Shown one piece after another: positions 1-10,668 of a DNA stretch of 64,000 nucleotides (position 1 is its first letter; every line of letters begins with the position of its first letter). The translations under genes were made by a program, and so were the position numbers. The notes beneath the pieces were generated by a model. The model was not told the origin of the DNA. It ran no database searches and was given only the letters and a program-made list of their open reading frames with translations. The stretch is from Candidatus Multivoradales bacterium. Its GTDB lineage: Bacteria; Acidobacteriota; Thermoanaerobaculia; Multivoradales; JAHEKO01. Location: NCBI GenBank assembly GCA_965248055.1, contig CBDFIJ010000004.1, positions 1,344,001-1,408,000 on the forward strand, given 5' to 3'.

Positions 1-183
1 GAAGCCAACGCTGATGAGGCGAAACTAAAGATAGCTAGAAGCACGAACAGCCAAGCAAGAAAGATCCTTGATTCTGTTCAAGGGCTTCCGGAGGGTGTCC
101 GAATGGACAGCGTTTCTGTCGATCCGAAGTTGTTCGACTTCAGTGACACGATTGCTATTGGTCCCGCTCTTGAGGATTCGTAA
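1..183 (+). CDS. 3' end of an unidentified CDS entering the window
   Basis: Frame 1 is open from base 1 to TAA at 181-183; no motif recognised. Confidence 0.4.
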   Translation, partial: EANADEAKLKIARSTNSQARKILDSVQGLPEGVRMDSVSVDPKLFDFSDTIAIGPALEDS

Positions 184-234
184 GAGTTACCAATGACAAG
201 GATCATGGAGCAGTAGCAATCAAAATCGACACAC

Positions 235-900
235 CTACCTCCGCGCCAACCCGACGAAATACACCAACTGCAAAATCCCCATCAGCGCCGCCGCGACGTA
301 AGTCATGGCCGCTGCATTGAGGACTTTGTCGACGCCCTTGCGTTCATTTTCAAAAACAATCCCTTGTTCGACGATCAGTTTCTTGGCCCGATTGGAAGCG
401 TCGAATTCGACAGGAAGAGTGATGAGTTGGAACAGTACGACAGCGCTGAACAGAATTACGCCGGCCCAAATCAGACCGCTGAAGCTCATCCACGCACCAG
501 CGATGACAATGAAAAAGGCCATCCTGGAGCCCAGGTTGGCGGTTGGCACTAACAGGGTTCTTAGGCCTAATGCCGGATACTTTGTGGCGTGCTGAATCGC
601 GTGACCAGCTTCGTGACAAGCGACGCCAACCGCGGCAATCGACCGAGAGCTGTAGACGCCCTCGGACAGCGCCAATTTCTTGGTGCCGGGGTTGTAGTGA
701 TCCGACAGCATGCCCCGAGATCGAGTGACTTCGACATCAGTAATTCCGGCACTGCTAAGTAGCCGCTGGGCGGCCTCGGCGCCGGTCATCCCCGAAGATG
801 CAGCCACTTGCGACCATTTCTTAAATGCCCCACGAGTCTTGGCCGCCGCCCACATCGACAGCAGCATCGCCGGCAAGATCATTAATATGTAGCTACCCAT
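235..900 (-). CDS. YugP-like membrane zinc metallopeptidase (Zn_peptidase_2)
   Basis: LSDHYNP, HEAGHAIQH, TLPVEFDASNRA and LNAAAMTYV motifs. Confidence 0.9.
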   Translation of the reverse strand: MGSYILMILPAMLLSMWAAAKTRGAFKKWSQVAASSGMTGAEAAQRLLSSAGITDVEVTRSRGMLSDHYNPGTKKLALSEGVYSSRSIAAVGVACHEAGHAIQHATKYPALGLRTLLVPTANLGSRMAFFIVIAGAWMSFSGLIWAGVILFSAVVLFQLITLPVEFDASNRAKKLIVEQGIVFENERKGVDKVLNAAAMTYVAAALMGILQLVYFVGLARR

Positions 901-1026
901 AGAAGTTCTCCTTCACCTAGCCTAACAACGGCGAGCACGGTTTCCATTCCCGCAGCTCTCTCATCGTTCTTGTTGAGCGTGCCCGGTCGACACCTTACTG
1001 GGGTTGCACAGTGCTAGATTGCTGCC

Positions 1027-1758
1027 ATGACGAGTAACGCTACGAGTCACAGCAAAGTCGCAATCGTTACCGGGGGCACCCGCGGCATTGGCCGAGCGGT
1101 TTGCCAGCAGCTGCTGGCTGAGGGGTGGAAGGTCTGGTTCTGTGGCCGTTCACCGGAGACCGTGGGGCAAACACTGAATGATCTGGATGAGTTCATCCAC
1201 CGTCTGGCAGGACGGGTGGTGGACGTCACCGACCACGAGGCGGTCGACGCCCTGGTGGAGGAAGTCCTGGAGCACGAAGGCCGGATTGATCTGTTGGTAA
1301 ATAACGCCGGCGTCGGCTACTTCGCGCCGGTTGACGAACTCTCCCCCGCCGACTGGCGCCGGGTGCTTGCTACCAACTTGGACGGCTGTTTCTACGCACT
1401 ACACGCGGTAGCGCCTACCATGCGGGAACAGGGATCGGGCTGGATTATCAATATCGCTTCCTTGGCATCGCGCAATCCGTTCGCCGGTGGCACCGCCTAC
1501 AACGCCAGTAAGTTCGGCCTCTTGGGGATGTCAGAAGCGGCGATGCTCGACCTGCGCGGCGATGGGGTCAAGGTAGTAGCGATCCTGCCCGGTAGCGTCG
1601 CCACCGAGTTCAATCTCAATACCGGCGGTGATGACTCTTGGAAGTTAGCCGCAGATGACGTCGCCAAGGCGGTGACCGATGTCCTGCGCTACCCGGATCG
1701 CGCTCTGCCGAGTCGGATCGAATTGAGACCTTCGCGGCCGCCTTCGGCGCGCAATTAG
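1027..1758 (+). CDS. SDR family oxidoreductase
   Basis: TGGTRGIG, NNAG and YNASK motifs. Confidence 0.92.
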   Translation: MTSNATSHSKVAIVTGGTRGIGRAVCQQLLAEGWKVWFCGRSPETVGQTLNDLDEFIHRLAGRVVDVTDHEAVDALVEEVLEHEGRIDLLVNNAGVGYFAPVDELSPADWRRVLATNLDGCFYALHAVAPTMREQGSGWIINIASLASRNPFAGGTAYNASKFGLLGMSEAAMLDLRGDGVKVVAILPGSVATEFNLNTGGDDSWKLAADDVAKAVTDVLRYPDRALPSRIELRPSRPPSARN

Positions 1759-1853
1759 AGGTCGCATCCTGATGAATGGTGATCACGCCCCATTTGGAAA
1801 CAGCGTTTTGAAAGCTAGCGTAGTACGCCGTGCTACGGGAACAATCACGGCAA

Positions 1854-1918
1854 GTAACAGCTCTTGAGTTCAGCGTCGCTGGCCGAAGGCCCGTGTCCGC
1901 AGTAGCGATTGGTTAGGC
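1854..1918 (-). other. Degenerate integron attC-like site downstream of the TIR gene
   Basis: Minus strand reads GCCTAAC-caatcgctactgcggac...ggccttcggcc...gctgaactc-aagagctGTTAC; the R'' box and L-box-like arms are present but the R' box is damaged. Confidence 0.55.
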
Positions 1919-1946
1919 GGCGACGCTCGGGTCGCCTACAGTCGCG

Positions 1947-3026
1947 TCATCCGCCGGGCTTCTTTCGACGTGGCGATGGCCGGGGTTTTGCCTTTAGCGA
2001 CGCTGTCTTCTCTTCTAGTGCCATGTGAAGGAAATGTTCAAGCATCTGCGGAAACCCCATGACGATCATGTGGTGCTGTTTTCGGTCAAATTCGAATTTC
2101 TCCATGAAGGGCCCTCGCATCAGACGCTTGGAGACCCACCGAAAACGTGCTATCTCCCGTTCTATGTCATTGGTGTCGCCGTCTTTGACGGCACGGTAAG
2201 CCTCCATTGCGAGTTCATAGAGCCAGGGCACATCGTCTCTTATCATGCTTGCGGCCATCAAAATGAAAACGGGGTCCCCTGCATCGTCCGTCATATTCAC
2301 CAGTTCTTCAAACATCATTGGGTGGAACCTGTTCATTCGCCGACGGCGCAGTGGGTCACCTTCATTCATCAAGCGCTCAGCGACTCGAGATGGCAGAGTC
2401 TTCATCTCCTCCGCCAGCTTCGCAAGCGACCGCTCCTCTGAGTCTTCGACTTTAGCCTTCTTACCTCCAGTCGAAGACATCGAGCTGGCAATAGCGGCCT
2501 TGGCTTCTTTGAACGCGGCAACCTGACTTGCTACGACATCCGAATCAAGCTCAAGTCCCGGTACGCGTTCTGCCAATTGGTGGACAAGCTTCCTAAGGTC
2601 CTCGTCGCTATCGTCCATATTTTGGAACTGGTAGAAAGGGCCCGCGCTGACTTGACTCAAAGATACATCTAGTGCAACACCCACAACTGGAGTGTCGAGC
2701 TTTCCCTTCGCTACGCCTGCCTCGAAGAGTATCCACGGCCTATCGAGGCTTCGCTCCGTGAACAGGCAGACGACATCAGACGTGGACTGAAGCTGTGTCA
2801 TCAGTCGCTTGTACCACTCCTCGCCAAAGGCGATCCCATCGGTGCCCTTCTTGTCCGATGAGCGGAACGTCTTGATCATTCCGGCGCTCACGCTCTTAAG
2901 GAGCTTACTGAATGCCTCGGCGAGTTCCGCGTCTCTGGAATCATGGCTGATGAACACCATCGGAGAAGGTGCGGCGATCACGTCGCCGTCATCCGTAGGG
3001 GCGTCTATCTTGTTTGAGTCGACCAT
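1947..3026 (-). CDS. TIR-domain protein (N-terminal TIR plus helical C-terminal region)
   Basis: VFISHDSRD...PWILFEAG TIR motifs; ATG at 3026 preceded by GGGAGA. Confidence 0.8.
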   Translation of the reverse strand: MVDSNKIDAPTDDGDVIAAPSPMVFISHDSRDAELAEAFSKLLKSVSAGMIKTFRSSDKKGTDGIAFGEEWYKRLMTQLQSTSDVVCLFTERSLDRPWILFEAGVAKGKLDTPVVGVALDVSLSQVSAGPFYQFQNMDDSDEDLRKLVHQLAERVPGLELDSDVVASQVAAFKEAKAAIASSMSSTGGKKAKVEDSEERSLAKLAEEMKTLPSRVAERLMNEGDPLRRRRMNRFHPMMFEELVNMTDDAGDPVFILMAASMIRDDVPWLYELAMEAYRAVKDGDTNDIEREIARFRWVSKRLMRGPFMEKFEFDRKQHHMIVMGFPQMLEHFLHMALEEKTASLKAKPRPSPRRKKPGG

Positions 3027-3214
3027 GATTTTCTCCCGTCGATAGGGCCTGTCTTCTTCGCCGTCCAACATGTCATGGCCCAAAACACTCTTGTCCAGCA
3101 CTCGGAGGGACGTACTGTATCAAGAGCTAGAATCGAGCACCAGGCGACCAAGCACCGCGAGCGGGAGTAAACCTAGCCCCTACCCGGGTTCCCATCCCGG
3201 CGTCCCCAATAGAT

Positions 3215-4126
3215 CTAGAGAGAAGCGGTTACGGCGTCGCCGTAGAGAACGGTAGGCCCTTGTGGGGCGCTGTGAGTCGTGCCCGCCGCTTCGACGGTGA
3301 CGAACACCGCTTCTACATTGGCCGGGACTGCGGAGGCGAACATTTCACCCCGCTCGCCGTTCACTTCGACCACCCCCATGGGGATCGCGCGCCCTTGACT
3401 GCGGAACCAAGCGCGGTAGATCTGGCCCTCAGCCAAGGGACGAAGGCCTTCCACCGCCAGCAGGCAACTGGGATCGGCACCACCCATGTAAAGCCAGCCG
3501 CGGGCTCCGGTTTCGTCGCCCTGAGCTTGTAAGCTGCAAGACTCGACACTGACAGCGGCAACAAAATCCATATGGGTAGCACTCACCGCTGGCACCCCAC
3601 CAACCGGCAGCACACCGCTCACAGGGCGAAACAACGATTCCTGCTGTTGCAACAATGCAATCTCGGCATTCTTGGCCCGCACTTGGTTGCCCAGCCAGGC
3701 CGAGGTCACCATTAGACCAACAATGAGCACCGCCGCCAAACGCATCGCGGTCGCACTCCACGATCGCTGAGAATCAAGATGGGAGGTGTCTGTGGGCTGA
3801 AATGGGCGAACGTTGTCGTCTGCGATGGGTTCAGTTTCGCTGTGGTCCGTCTGAACTCGGGCTTGAATCTGGTTCCAAGTCGACCCCTCCGGCGCCACGC
3901 GATCTAGAGCAACCGGCAAAGCACCCCAGACCTCGCGCCACGGACGTAGCTCTGGATCTTCCGAGTACGGATCCAGGGCCGCTTCCACCTGCTCTGCTTC
4001 GGCTAGGTCTACGGGCTGTGGGTCGGCCAGATCGCTACGGTGCAGTTTTCTTGATTCGTCGTTCACTTTATTTTCCTCAGCCACAAAATTTCCCTCAACT
4101 ACCAGTTTCCTCGGCCAGAGGTTCAA
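3215..4126 (-). CDS. Anti-sigma factor, RskA-like (start uncertain)
   Basis: Single TM, GLRPLAEGQIYRAW and FVTVE...PQGPTVLYG motifs; directly downstream of an ECF sigma. Confidence 0.8.
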   Translation of the reverse strand: MNLWPRKLVVEGNFVAEENKVNDESRKLHRSDLADPQPVDLAEAEQVEAALDPYSEDPELRPWREVWGALPVALDRVAPEGSTWNQIQARVQTDHSETEPIADDNVRPFQPTDTSHLDSQRSWSATAMRLAAVLIVGLMVTSAWLGNQVRAKNAEIALLQQQESLFRPVSGVLPVGGVPAVSATHMDFVAAVSVESCSLQAQGDETGARGWLYMGGADPSCLLAVEGLRPLAEGQIYRAWFRSQGRAIPMGVVEVNGERGEMFASAVPANVEAVFVTVEAAGTTHSAPQGPTVLYGDAVTASL

Positions 4127-4145
4127 CCTGTGGCATATCCCTCAA

Positions 4146-4766
4146 TCACAGCAGATCTTCAATCTCTGAAGCCAAACTACGGCGGAGTTTGTTCATCGCC
4201 AGCAAAGTTCTCGTTTTGACGGTTCCCAACGGGATGTTCTCGCGCTCTGAGATTTCCCGCTGTGTGAGTCCTTGATAGAAAGCCAATTCCAAAACCGTCC
4301 GCTGCTCTTGGGGCAGCTTGTTCAGCGCCTGCGACAATCGCTTCCGGCGCTCCTGAGTCAATACGTCTGTCATGCCTTCGGGAGATTGGTGTTCGTCGCC
4401 CTTTTCCAGCTGCGCCGACACCGCGGTTCTGGCCACCACTTTTCGAGTCCGTATTCGGTCGATCGAACGACTGCGCGCAATCAGCGCCAACCAGGTCGAG
4501 ACCGACGCCCGCTGATGGTTGTAGCGATCAGCCTGACGCCAGGCTTGGACGAACACTTCCTGCAAGATTTCTTCGGCTTCACCGTAGTCTGCCACTACCC
4601 GCAAGATCAACGCCTTGAGCATCCCGGCGTAGCGGCGGTAGATCTCCTCCAGGGCTCGATCGTCGCCACTGGCGACCTGGCGCATTAGTTCGACCTCTTC
4701 GGAGATTTTGGCCTGTCTCTTGGCCCGAATTTCGGCCTGGGTCTTGTCAGACGGTTGGTCGCCCAT
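4146..4766 (-). CDS. ECF RNA polymerase sigma factor (SigK-like)
   Basis: AEEILQEVF region 2; LAFYQGLTQREISERENIPLGTVKTR region 4. Confidence 0.92.
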   Translation of the reverse strand: MGDQPSDKTQAEIRAKRQAKISEEVELMRQVASGDDRALEEIYRRYAGMLKALILRVVADYGEAEEILQEVFVQAWRQADRYNHQRASVSTWLALIARSRSIDRIRTRKVVARTAVSAQLEKGDEHQSPEGMTDVLTQERRKRLSQALNKLPQEQRTVLELAFYQGLTQREISERENIPLGTVKTRTLLAMNKLRRSLASEIEDLL

Positions 4767-4837
4767 GATCGTGCTGAAGGGTTGATCCGAAGTTGGCGCC
4801 GGTAGATTTGCCGACGAGCGGGCTAGGATAGCATGCG

Positions 4838-5332
4838 ATGAAGCCGCTCAAGATTGCCGTATGCGGAGCCGCAACTGCCAGTGAAGAGTTGTCGCGCCTG
4901 GCATTTCAGGTTGGAGCAGAACTGGCTCGACGGGAAGCGATCCTGTTCACCGGCGCTGGTCGTGGGGTCATGGCCGCCGCCAATCAAGGGGCAAAGTCCA
5001 ATGGTGGAACCACGTTGGGAATCTATCCAACGGCCCAGCCGAATCCCGACGACGCCGATGAATCGATCGACCTAGCGATCCACACAGGGCTCGGTCAGGG
5101 GCGCAGTCGAGTGCTGGTATTGTCCGCCCAGGCTGTGATTGCCGTCGGCGGCGAGTGAGGTGCCTTGTAGGAATTTGCCCTGGCGTTCAAACACGGGCGA
5201 CCAGTCATCGGCTTGGCAACTTGGCAGCTGAATCCTCTGCAGGGAACTTCACTCGAGCCGATCGTCGAAGCCAGCACGGCAAAGGAAGCTGTGACCCTGG
5301 CGATCTATCAAGCAAACGGAATAAGAAAATGA
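4838..5332 (+). pseudogene. TIGR00725/LOG-family Rossmann protein with two in-frame stops
   Basis: GVMAAANQGAK...AVIAVGGE, then TGA at 5156 and TAG at 5168; the same frame continues EFALAFKHGRPVIGL to TGA at 5330-5332. Confidence 0.8.
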
Positions 5333-5835
5333 CGCACGACCATCCAAAATCGTCCCTTCCCGATCTTGCTTTTCCCGATCCCGTTGACTACGGAGAGCCA
5401 GCCATTCGGGTGATGATGATGCCCAAGGACACCAATGCTTTGGGAACCATCTTCGGCGGCTTGATCCTTTCCTATATCGATCAAGCGGGAGCAGTCGAGG
5501 CGCACCGCTGCACCAATGGACGTTTGCTGACGGTCGCGGTTCACGAAGTCGATTTCGTCGCTCCGGTGTTCGTTGGGGATCTGGTCAGCTTCTATGCGAA
5601 AACTCTTCGCCGCGGTCGCACCTCGGTCTCAGTTCACGTTTTAGTCACCGCAGAACGCCGACTGCGCGGTGGGGACAAGGTCATCGTCACTCAGGCCGAA
5701 GTGGTCTATGTGCAAGTCGACGACGACGGCCACCCGACTCCGCTGCCAGCCAACGCACCGGACGGAAGCCCATGTTCCGACGACGACTCGGAGTCCTCAA
5801 GTAATCCCGACGAAACCGACTCCAAGCTGCGATAG
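5329..5835 (+). CDS. Acyl-CoA thioesterase (hotdog fold, YciA-like)
   Basis: MPKDTNALGTIFGGLILSYIDQAG. Confidence 0.9.
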   Translation: MTHDHPKSSLPDLAFPDPVDYGEPAIRVMMMPKDTNALGTIFGGLILSYIDQAGAVEAHRCTNGRLLTVAVHEVDFVAPVFVGDLVSFYAKTLRRGRTSVSVHVLVTAERRLRGGDKVIVTQAEVVYVQVDDDGHPTPLPANAPDGSPCSDDDSESSSNPDETDSKLR

Positions 5836-5847
5836 CATCCGCCGTTC

Positions 5848-6420
5848 ATGCGTTCACGACCTTCTCCAGCCGCCTCTCCCGGACAGATCGAAATCATCAC
5901 TGGAGGCATGTTCTCCGGTAAGAGCGAGGAATTGGTGAGGCGTTTACGCCGCGCCTTGATCGCCAAGCAAAAAATCTTGGTTTTTAAGCCGTTGACCGAC
6001 ACGCGCCACGACGAAGTTCGCTTGGTCACTCGGGATAATCGCGTGATCGATGCGGTCACGGTTCCTGACTCCGCGGCTTTGATCTCGTACATTCCCGAGG
6101 ACATCGATGTGGTCGGGATCGACGAAGCGCAGTTTTTTGACGGCGGTATCATCAACGCAGTCACCAGCTTGGCCGACAGCGGAATTCGGGTCTTGGTGGC
6201 TGGCTTGGATCAAGACTATCTGCGGCAACCCTTTGGACCGATCCCAGAGCTTCTAGCGCTCGCCGAACACGTCGACAAAATGCACGCGGTCTGTGTGCAG
6301 TGTGGTGCCAACGCTCACTACAGCCAGCGCATTGCCGGCGGCGACGCCCAGGTGGAAGTCGGCGACACCGAGCGCTACGAGGCACGCTGCCGCGCTTGCT
6401 ACGTTCCCTATCATTCCTAA
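5848..6420 (+). CDS. tdk: Thymidine kinase
   Basis: GGMFSGKS, IDEAQF and YEARCRAC motifs. Confidence 0.95.
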   Translation: MRSRPSPAASPGQIEIITGGMFSGKSEELVRRLRRALIAKQKILVFKPLTDTRHDEVRLVTRDNRVIDAVTVPDSAALISYIPEDIDVVGIDEAQFFDGGIINAVTSLADSGIRVLVAGLDQDYLRQPFGPIPELLALAEHVDKMHAVCVQCGANAHYSQRIAGGDAQVEVGDTERYEARCRACYVPYHS

Positions 6421-6466
6421 CCGGGTTGCTCCCAGCCTGTTTCGATTCACCTCGCCATTTGTAACC

Positions 6467-6811
6467 ATGGAATCTTCTGGAACCATTTTCAGTTACCGTC
6501 AGGCACTGGACCTGCTGCCGGCAGTTCGCAAGATCACTCGCGAGACGATCGACAAGATCGAATCGTTAAATCACCAGATCAAGAGTCGCGAGGATTTAGA
6601 ACAGAAGCGGACCGAACTGAGCGCCGCGACCGAGGCGATGCTCAACGACTGGCAGCGCCAGATTCGCGCGTTGGGCTGCTATCCCAAAGACCTTTGGTTG
6701 GTCGACTGGGACTCAGGCGACGGCTACTACTGCTGGCAATATCCTGAACCGACGATCGGGCATCATCACGGTTACGTGGAAGGCTTTTCGGGCCGAATCC
6801 CGATCCAGTAA
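6467..6811 (+). CDS. DUF2203-family protein
   Basis: KDLWLVDW...YYCWQYPE...HGYVEGFSGRIPI. Confidence 0.75.
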   Translation: MESSGTIFSYRQALDLLPAVRKITRETIDKIESLNHQIKSREDLEQKRTELSAATEAMLNDWQRQIRALGCYPKDLWLVDWDSGDGYYCWQYPEPTIGHHHGYVEGFSGRIPIQ

Positions 6812-6850
6812 TTGCCGATTCCGCACGCCATCTCGCCAGAAAATGACTGG

Positions 6851-7552
6851 CTAGCCAACCCCACCGAACAAATCGACCAACTGATCGACATTCAAACCGC
6901 CCAGGCCGTCGACCACCTCTTCGGCTAGATCCAAGTGGTCGCGTTTCACGGTGTGCGCCACGCCGAGTCGCCGCAGACCCGCTACGTGCGCCGCCCATAG
7001 ACCCTGGGGAGTGTCCTCCACCGCCAGCACCTCATGGGGATGAATCATCCGCGAGGGCAAAGGCGGCACGGTGTTGAAAGCAGCCACCGCTCGAGAGTAG
7101 CCCTGGGGGTCGGGCTTACCGGCAGAAACGTCTTCGGCGCTGACAATCACCTTGAATCGACCCGCGAGATCCATCTGGCGCAGCGCCCCATCGACCTCCG
7201 ATCGCAGGGCGCCGGTTACCACACCCAGCATCAATCCCCGATCATCGGCATCTTGGACCAAACGGGCGACGCCGGGAAACTCGGGAAAACCTTGGCGTTC
7301 GACGATCTTCTGATACATCTCTGCTTTGCGCTGCACCAAGTGCTCCACCCGCACCGACGGGTCCTCGTCTCCCGAAGCCCGAAGCGCCACGTCGAAGCAT
7401 TCTCGATCCGGGATCCCCAGCAAACGACGACTGTAAAAAGCCGGGGAGAAGGAGACTTCTTCCTCTTCAAGCAACCGCCGCACCAATTCCAGATGCAGAG
7501 GCTCATCGTCCACCAGGACTCCGTTGAAATCAAAAACTACCGCGCGCAGCAC
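6851..7552 (-). CDS. HAD-family phosphatase
   Basis: FDFNGVLVD, GKPDP and VEDT motifs. Confidence 0.9.
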   Translation of the reverse strand: MLRAVVFDFNGVLVDDEPLHLELVRRLLEEEEVSFSPAFYSRRLLGIPDRECFDVALRASGDEDPSVRVEHLVQRKAEMYQKIVERQGFPEFPGVARLVQDADDRGLMLGVVTGALRSEVDGALRQMDLAGRFKVIVSAEDVSAGKPDPQGYSRAVAAFNTVPPLPSRMIHPHEVLAVEDTPQGLWAAHVAGLRRLGVAHTVKRDHLDLAEEVVDGLGGLNVDQLVDLFGGVG

Positions 7553-7722
7553 GGCGTGATCCTACCTTTGACGGAGTCGCAATGGGTCTAGCGATGCCAA
7601 ACTGGGGGTTTGAGCGTTCGCCCGCTTGACCTGGAATCGGGCAAACCGCTAGTTTGGCAGTCGGTCGGGAATGAATACGATCTTTGAATCGTTGCACCCT
7701 ATGAACCGACTGGAGATTTTTC

Positions 7723-8130
7723 ATGCAAACCGAACCAACTTCCTCCACAACGCCCGAGGCTCAGGCATTTCCCGAGCCCGCCGCAACTGCGACTGAGAAT
7801 CCACCCATCGGACTGACCTCAAAAGCCGTCAAGATGGTCGGCTTGACCCGCGACGAAGAGAAACTGACGCCTGATTCGGGTCTGCGCATTGCGGTGCGCG
7901 GCGGTGGCTGCAGCGGATTTGAATACGCACTCGACTTCGACACCGAACCGCGAGCCACCGACACGGTGATCGAATACGAAGGTCTGCGGGTATTTATTGA
8001 TCCCATCAGCGGTCGCTATCTCCAGGGCACCGTCATCGACTACGTGATGGGCGCCACCGGAACTGGCTTCAAGTTCCACAACCCGAATGCCATGGGAACC
8101 TGTGGTTGTGGGTCTTCGTTCACGGTTTAG
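7723..8130 (+). CDS. Fe-S cluster assembly accessory protein (HesB/IscA family)
   Basis: GGGCSGFEY and NPNAMGTCGCGSSF. Confidence 0.93.
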   Translation: MQTEPTSSTTPEAQAFPEPAATATENPPIGLTSKAVKMVGLTRDEEKLTPDSGLRIAVRGGGCSGFEYALDFDTEPRATDTVIEYEGLRVFIDPISGRYLQGTVIDYVMGATGTGFKFHNPNAMGTCGCGSSFTV

Positions 8131-8178
8131 AACCTGACTGGAGAAATTCGGCTGTAGCGAGGCCTCGTAGCATGTTTC

Positions 8179-8768
8179 ATGCGCCTACTCCTCATGTTTT
8201 CCAGTTTGTTCTTGGCAGCCGCTGGTCCCTCTGTGGCGCAGCCAGCACCCCACGCAGAACAAGAGCCGCGTCCGATCAAGGCACTCTCTGCCGAACAAGT
8301 CGAGCAGTACCTGAGCGGAGTGGAAATGGGTTTTGCCAGTGCAATGGAACTCAACCACTACCCCGGCTCCAAACATGTGCTCGAACTAGTGGACGGACTT
8401 CAGTTGTCAACCGATCAAATCGAACAAACCCGAGCGACCTTTTCGCAAATGAAGCATCAGGCGGTAGCACTTGGGAGCCTGATCGTGGAGCGAGAAAGAC
8501 AATTCGACGCACTCTTTAGCTTGGGCCAAATTGACGAGGGCCAGATCAATCAATTGAGCGAAGAGGTCGCGCTCTGCAGGGCTGCCTGCGGGCCACCCAC
8601 CTACGCGCTCACATCCAGAGGAAAAAAATTCTGAGCGCTCACCAAGCGATGCTATATGACCGGATGCGTAGCTACTCCAACGCCAGAGTAGCGAACACCA
8701 CCACGAGCACCGAGTACTCGCCCCACGCGACGTCAAAGGCGGTCGTTTCTGCGCGCCTAGCCCTTTAG
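8179..8768 (+). pseudogene. Secreted Spy/CpxP-like protein, frameshifted near 8575
   Basis: Signal peptide and IKALS...ELNHYPG; a shifted frame continues LRATHLRAHIQ...YDRMRSY. Confidence 0.6.
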
Positions 8769-9403
8769 CCCTTGGACATGAACTGGCGGTAAAGACCCCC
8801 AGCGACCACCGCTCCGGCCACCGGACCGACAAAGTACAGCCACAGTAAGTTGAAGTTACCGGTCGCCATGGCCGGACCCAGCGAGCGCGCGGGGTTGAGG
8901 CTGGCACCGGTCAACGGTCCGCCCATCAAAATGCAAAAAACCAAGGTCAAACCAATTGCCACCCCAGCCAGATTTCCCGCTCTGCCACTGACCGCGGCAT
9001 GCAACACCGTGTTGACCAGAAAGAAAGTCAGGATCGCTTCCAGCACCACCGCCGCAGCTACCGTGGTGCTATCACTCGGCTGCGTCAGGCCCAGGCCTGA
9101 ATCCGCGCCTCCCAGCACCCAACGCAGAGTGAACGCACCTACTGCCCCACCCAACAACTGAAACACCATGTAGCTGACCGCGCGACCGGTGTCGATCTTG
9201 CCGGCAGCCCAGACTCCGGCAGTGACCGCAGGGTTGATGTGGGATCCCGAAATATCGCCGTGGGCATAGGCGAAAGCCAAGACCACCAAGCCATGGGCCA
9301 AAGCCACGCCAACCAAGCCTCCGGCACCAATCGCTGCGGCGCCAGCGCCGATAAAGATCAGTGCAAAGGTTCCAATGAATTCCGCTGTCAATTCTTTGGT
9401 CAT
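8765..9403 (-). CDS. Aquaporin (MIP family)
   Basis: Two NPA motifs (HINPAVT, LNPARS). Confidence 0.95.
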   Translation of the reverse strand: MTKELTAEFIGTFALIFIGAGAAAIGAGGLVGVALAHGLVVLAFAYAHGDISGSHINPAVTAGVWAAGKIDTGRAVSYMVFQLLGGAVGAFTLRWVLGGADSGLGLTQPSDSTTVAAAVVLEAILTFFLVNTVLHAAVSGRAGNLAGVAIGLTLVFCILMGGPLTGASLNPARSLGPAMATGNFNLLWLYFVGPVAGAVVAGGLYRQFMSKG

Positions 9404-9437
9404 TTTCTTCCCCTATACAAAAATAAAATCAAACCGC

Positions 9438-10568
9438 TCACTCTTGTGTCTTCTCCGGGTTCGCTATCTCAACGCTCTCGATCAACCCCGGAAGGCCATG
9501 TCGATCAGCTGCAAGCAAACCTAACACTCGCAAACTGGACCGCCCGACCTGAAACTCACTCTCGGTGGCGAAAGCAGAGCGTCGGATCATCGCGATTCCG
9601 GGCCGTTCTGCCCCATCATCTGGCATCCAACTGATGCTGGTCGCCATGCCAACCTGCTGACCGTCATGGTTGACCGCCACCGGGGTCTCCATCGCCCCCT
9701 CCACCATCACAGCGCACAGTCGCCGTTGCTCTTGACCTCGATAATGCAGCCGAGCGACCACTTCTTGACCTAGATAACACCCTTTCTCGTAGTCCACGGT
9801 GGCGTTGAGCCCGGCTTCTTGGGGCAAAGTCTGAGCGTCGAAGTCGATTGCCCAGCGCGCAGCACCAGCGGCAATCCTGGCCGACTCCAACGCCTGTCTC
9901 CCAACCCACAAGATCTGCGTCTCTTGCACCAATTCTTGAATAAACAGATCGGCAATCGACGCCGACACCGACAGGCACACCCCGGGAATTCCGGCAAGAG
10001 CACTATTTTCAACTTGAATCTCGGTGCCGCGCACTTCGGTTCTGTGATGCTGCCAACGTGGCGGCACTTCTACCCCCAAGCGACCCAGAATATCCTCCCT
10101 CTGCGGACCCAAAACCCAAACCGGAATCAGATCTCCCATCGGCAGGAACTCGGCGTCTTCGGTAATCACGTACTTACCCAAATGATCGCGCAGAGCTCTG
10201 CCCTGACCCGGAGGCACGCGCAACCAAAGACGGTCGGCGTGGGCGCAAAAAGTGATATCCGCAAGAACTTGCCCCTTGGGTCCGGTGGCCAACCCGTAGG
10301 CGACCTGCCCCTCTTCAAGTTCCCGCGTGTTGACGGTGCAGAATCCATGTACCAACCCGGGACCGTCGGCACCCAAGACCTCAATGCGACCCCAGGCTGA
10401 CCCGTCATAGATCGCCGCGCTGTGGGTCAGTGGCGCCAACTCTGTCGCGATATTGCCGTAGTGATCCGGAACCTGAAATCCACCCTCGGTCAGCCAGTCT
10501 TGGCATCCGGATTCTCGATGGACCGCGGCAAGCGGCAAGTTGGCAGCACTGGTAGACGCACTGGTCAT
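9438..10568 (-). CDS. YgfZ/GcvT-like folate-binding protein
   Basis: KGCYLGQEVVAR signature. Confidence 0.9.
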   Translation of the reverse strand: MTSASTSAANLPLAAVHRESGCQDWLTEGGFQVPDHYGNIATELAPLTHSAAIYDGSAWGRIEVLGADGPGLVHGFCTVNTRELEEGQVAYGLATGPKGQVLADITFCAHADRLWLRVPPGQGRALRDHLGKYVITEDAEFLPMGDLIPVWVLGPQREDILGRLGVEVPPRWQHHRTEVRGTEIQVENSALAGIPGVCLSVSASIADLFIQELVQETQILWVGRQALESARIAAGAARWAIDFDAQTLPQEAGLNATVDYEKGCYLGQEVVARLHYRGQEQRRLCAVMVEGAMETPVAVNHDGQQVGMATSISWMPDDGAERPGIAMIRRSAFATESEFQVGRSSLRVLGLLAADRHGLPGLIESVEIANPEKTQE

Positions 10569-10668
10569 CGGCCCGGACTCTAGCCCAAGCTGTCCGCAAC
10601 ACCCAAATCAGCACTCCTCAAATACAACTTTCACACTTGGTGCACCGATAGCCCGGTAGAATCCCCCT

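Noticed and set aside
5156-5170. Stop-codon recoding (Sec, Pyl or an alternative code) for the in-frame TGA/TAG here and at 44184
   Set aside because: TGA and TAG terminate many normal genes in the window, and the positions correspond to ordinary conserved residues
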